DNA from: Actinomycetota bacterium
GTDB lineage: Bacteria; Actinomycetota; CADDZG01; JAHWKV01
Direction: 5' to 3'
Assembly: GCA_052389675.1 (NCBI GenBank)
Contig: JBQTHR010000055.1
Location: 57,616-121,615, forward strand
Length of the DNA stretch: 64,000 nt
Below the pieces are notes generated by a model, which was not told the origin of the DNA, ran no database searches, and was given only the letters and a program-made list of their open reading frames with translations. Both the position numbers and the translations under genes were made by a program. Of the stretch, positions 61,999 through 64,000 are shown one piece after another (within the stretch, counting starts at the first letter, position 1; each line of letters opens with the position of its first letter).

Positions 61999-62906
61999 TG
62001 CCGGCGAGCATCATCGATGGCCGGCAGATCTCCGCCGAAGTCAAGGAGCAGGTAAGGCGGGGGGTGGCGGAGTTGGTGGCTGCCCGGGGCATCACGCCCG
62101 GTCTGGCGGCCATCCTTGTGGGCGACGATCCGGCCTCCGAAGTTTACGTCGGCGCCAAGCAGAAGGCCGCTACCGCCGCCGCAATGAACTCTTGGGTGCA
62201 TCGCCTACCGGGCGGCTCGACGCAGGAGGAGGTTGAGGCGCTGATCCGCTCGCTTAACGCCGACCCGGAGGTCCACGGCATCTTGCTGCAACTCCCGCTG
62301 CCGGCAGGACTGGACGCCAGCCGGGCGGTTGCGGCAATCGAGCACCGTAAGGACGTAGACGGACTGACCTCCACCAGCGCCGGCCTGCTCGCGCTGGGTA
62401 TCCCGTCTTTCGTACCGTGTACCGCACTTGGCTGCCAGGTGATGCTGGCCCGCACCGGCGTGGCGGTGAAGGGGGCCAGGGTGGTGGTGGTGGGCCGGTC
62501 CAACCTGGTGGGGAGGCCGGTGTCCATTCTGCTATCGCTAAAAAGGGGCTTGCCCGACCCGCTTTCGCCGGAGGGGGCGCAGTTGCCAGCCGACGCTACC
62601 GTCACCTTGTGCCACACCGGGACCGCGGAGTTGGCCTCAGAAACCCGGCGAGCAGACATTCTCGTGGTGGCCGCCGGGGTGCCCGGCTACATCGACGGGT
62701 CGATGATCAAGCCGGGGGCCACCGTTTTGGACGTCGGGATAAACCGCAACGCCGCAGGCAAGCTGGTGGGCGATGTGGACTTCGACTCCGCGTCAGAGGT
62801 GGCCGGCGCCCTCACGCCGGTCCCGGGCGGCGTGGGCCTGATGACGGTGGCGATGCTGTTGTCGAACACCCTGTTGGCCGCCCGCAGAACCTCCGAGTGG
62901 GCGTGA
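61998..62906 (+). CDS. folD: Methylene-THF dehydrogenase/cyclohydrolase
   Basis: GILLQLPLP, KDVDG, GRSNLVG, DVGINR, PVPGGVG. Confidence 0.98.
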   Translation: MPASIIDGRQISAEVKEQVRRGVAELVAARGITPGLAAILVGDDPASEVYVGAKQKAATAAAMNSWVHRLPGGSTQEEVEALIRSLNADPEVHGILLQLPLPAGLDASRAVAAIEHRKDVDGLTSTSAGLLALGIPSFVPCTALGCQVMLARTGVAVKGARVVVVGRSNLVGRPVSILLSLKRGLPDPLSPEGAQLPADATVTLCHTGTAELASETRRADILVVAAGVPGYIDGSMIKPGATVLDVGINRNAAGKLVGDVDFDSASEVAGALTPVPGGVGLMTVAMLLSNTLLAARRTSEWA

Positions 62907-62934
62907 GCGTGTAGCCGGTTTGCCCGCACCGGGT

Positions 62935-63498
62935 TTACGGGGTGCGCCCGGACTCGGCGATGAATCGGGTCTGCTCGTCGGCCTCCGGGGAGGTCGGAAC
63001 GATTGGCCCCAGGGCGCCGTACTGCCGCCAAAGGTCGCCCACCTTGGCAAGCAGGGCGCGCCCGGCAGCTACCACTTCTGGATCGATGGTGTCGTCCAGG
63101 CCCAGCGCCCGGGAGAGGTCCCAGGTGTGCATGGCGGCGTCGGCCACTCGCTCCAGGGTGTAGTCGGCAGCCAGAGTGGGGCCGCTTGACAGGTCGACCT
63201 TGCGCTCCATGGCCCCCGGCTCCAGGCAGGCTTGCACCGCCTGGCCGGCCACGGCTTTCCAGGCGCTGATGGGGTCTTCGCCCAGGACGTCGCCATCGAA
63301 ACGGTTACCGATCTCAGCGATGGTTTCACCCTCCACCAAGGGCTTGACCCACAAGGTGCCGGAGACCAGATGCTGGACCAGGTCTTTGACGTTCCACCCG
63401 GTATTGGGCGTGGGCAGCTCCCATTGGTCGTCGCGAATCTGCTCCACCCGGGCAGTGAGGTCCTTCAACGCGGTCCGGTGGAGTTGTGCGATATCCAT
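62935..63498 (-). CDS. TIGR03086-like DinB/MDMPI-superfamily metal-binding protein
   Basis: LPTPNTGWNVKDLVQHL, DAAMHTWDLSRA. Confidence 0.85.
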   Translation of the reverse strand: MDIAQLHRTALKDLTARVEQIRDDQWELPTPNTGWNVKDLVQHLVSGTLWVKPLVEGETIAEIGNRFDGDVLGEDPISAWKAVAGQAVQACLEPGAMERKVDLSSGPTLAADYTLERVADAAMHTWDLSRALGLDDTIDPEVVAAGRALLAKVGDLWRQYGALGPIVPTSPEADEQTRFIAESGRTP

Positions 63499-63568
63499 TC
63501 TGTTGCGCTCCTAACCTTGATTGCCGGTGTCATCCTGATACGTTATCTCCAACCTGCCGGGAGATTTG

Positions 63569-64000
63569 ATGGATCTGCAACGCCATTTCAGCGAGTTCCG
63601 ACCTACCGTCAAGCTCCTGCTCATCCTGCTTGTGGCAGCCATTCCCTTCGCGGCTTTCGCGGCCGTCCGGAGCCAGGCCGACGACGGCCCTGAGGAGGAG
63701 GATGTCCCTATTCCTGCCGGCTCCCCGGACACCCCGCTCGATTTCCCGTTCGGCTCATCTACCACCACCACAATCGTCGACACCTCCTCCACCACGCTGC
63801 CGGTGACCACCAGTCGGGTGGTAACTCAATGCTCGGACGGGATCGATAACGACCGGGACGGCCGCATCGACCTGGCGGACAGCGGCTGCTCATCCGCCGC
63901 GGATCGGGTGGAGGGGGCTCCGCCGACCACAACCAGGCGTCCGGTTCCTGCCACCACCAGCACCACCACCACTCGGGTACCCTGCACGCCACGGACCTAC
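63569..64000 (+). CDS. Secreted or membrane-anchored Thr/Pro-rich protein, runs off window (not in ORF track)
   Basis: Translated by hand: hydrophobic N-terminus, TTTT tracts, QCSDGIDNDRDGRIDLADSGC. Confidence 0.8.
   Translation, partial: MDLQRHFSEFRPTVKLLLILLVAAIPFAAFAAVRSQADDGPEEEDVPIPAGSPDTPLDFPFGSSTTTTIVDTSSTTLPVTTSRVVTQCSDGIDNDRDGRIDLADSGCSSAADRVEGAPPTTTRRPVPATTSTTTTRVPCTPRTY

Overview
High-GC bacterial chromosome segment, almost certainly Actinomycetota. A deep-branching class is inferred from the zinc-binding S4, the zinc-LID adenylate kinase and the GuaB3/TIGR03086/DUF4012-type genes. Most of the window is housekeeping: the 3' part of rpoC; str (rpsL-rpsG-fusA, no tuf) joined directly to the S10-spc-alpha r-protein cluster; truA-rplM-rpsI; nnr-alr-udg-tsaEB-rimI-tsaD; a CIRCE-controlled lone groES; guaB3-pyrE-guaA; pcrA; purH-folD. 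Two accessory blocks interrupt this. (1) An 11.5 kb surface-glycan locus between rpoC and rpsL: DUF4012, a GT-C-like membrane protein, a methyltransferase/coiled-coil/GT2/GT4 fusion, a CapD-like dehydratase, a WecA-like transferase and a GT4. (2) A 9 kb block between pcrA and purH: a PhnDCE-like (putative selenate-type) ABC transporter, a Rieske ferredoxin/reductase/HemD-like operon, VapBC, MOSC and a beta-propeller protein. I see no rRNA, tRNA, CRISPR array, integrase or transposase, and no new system can be established from sequence alone. The best leads are the glycan polymerase-ruler-terminator fusion, rpsK lacking a canonical start codon, a family-4 UDG ending in a clamp-binding-like motif, S12 with a natural Arg88, and the oxygenase-less ferredoxin/HemD-like operon with a structured leader. 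All family assignments come from motif recognition, not database searches.
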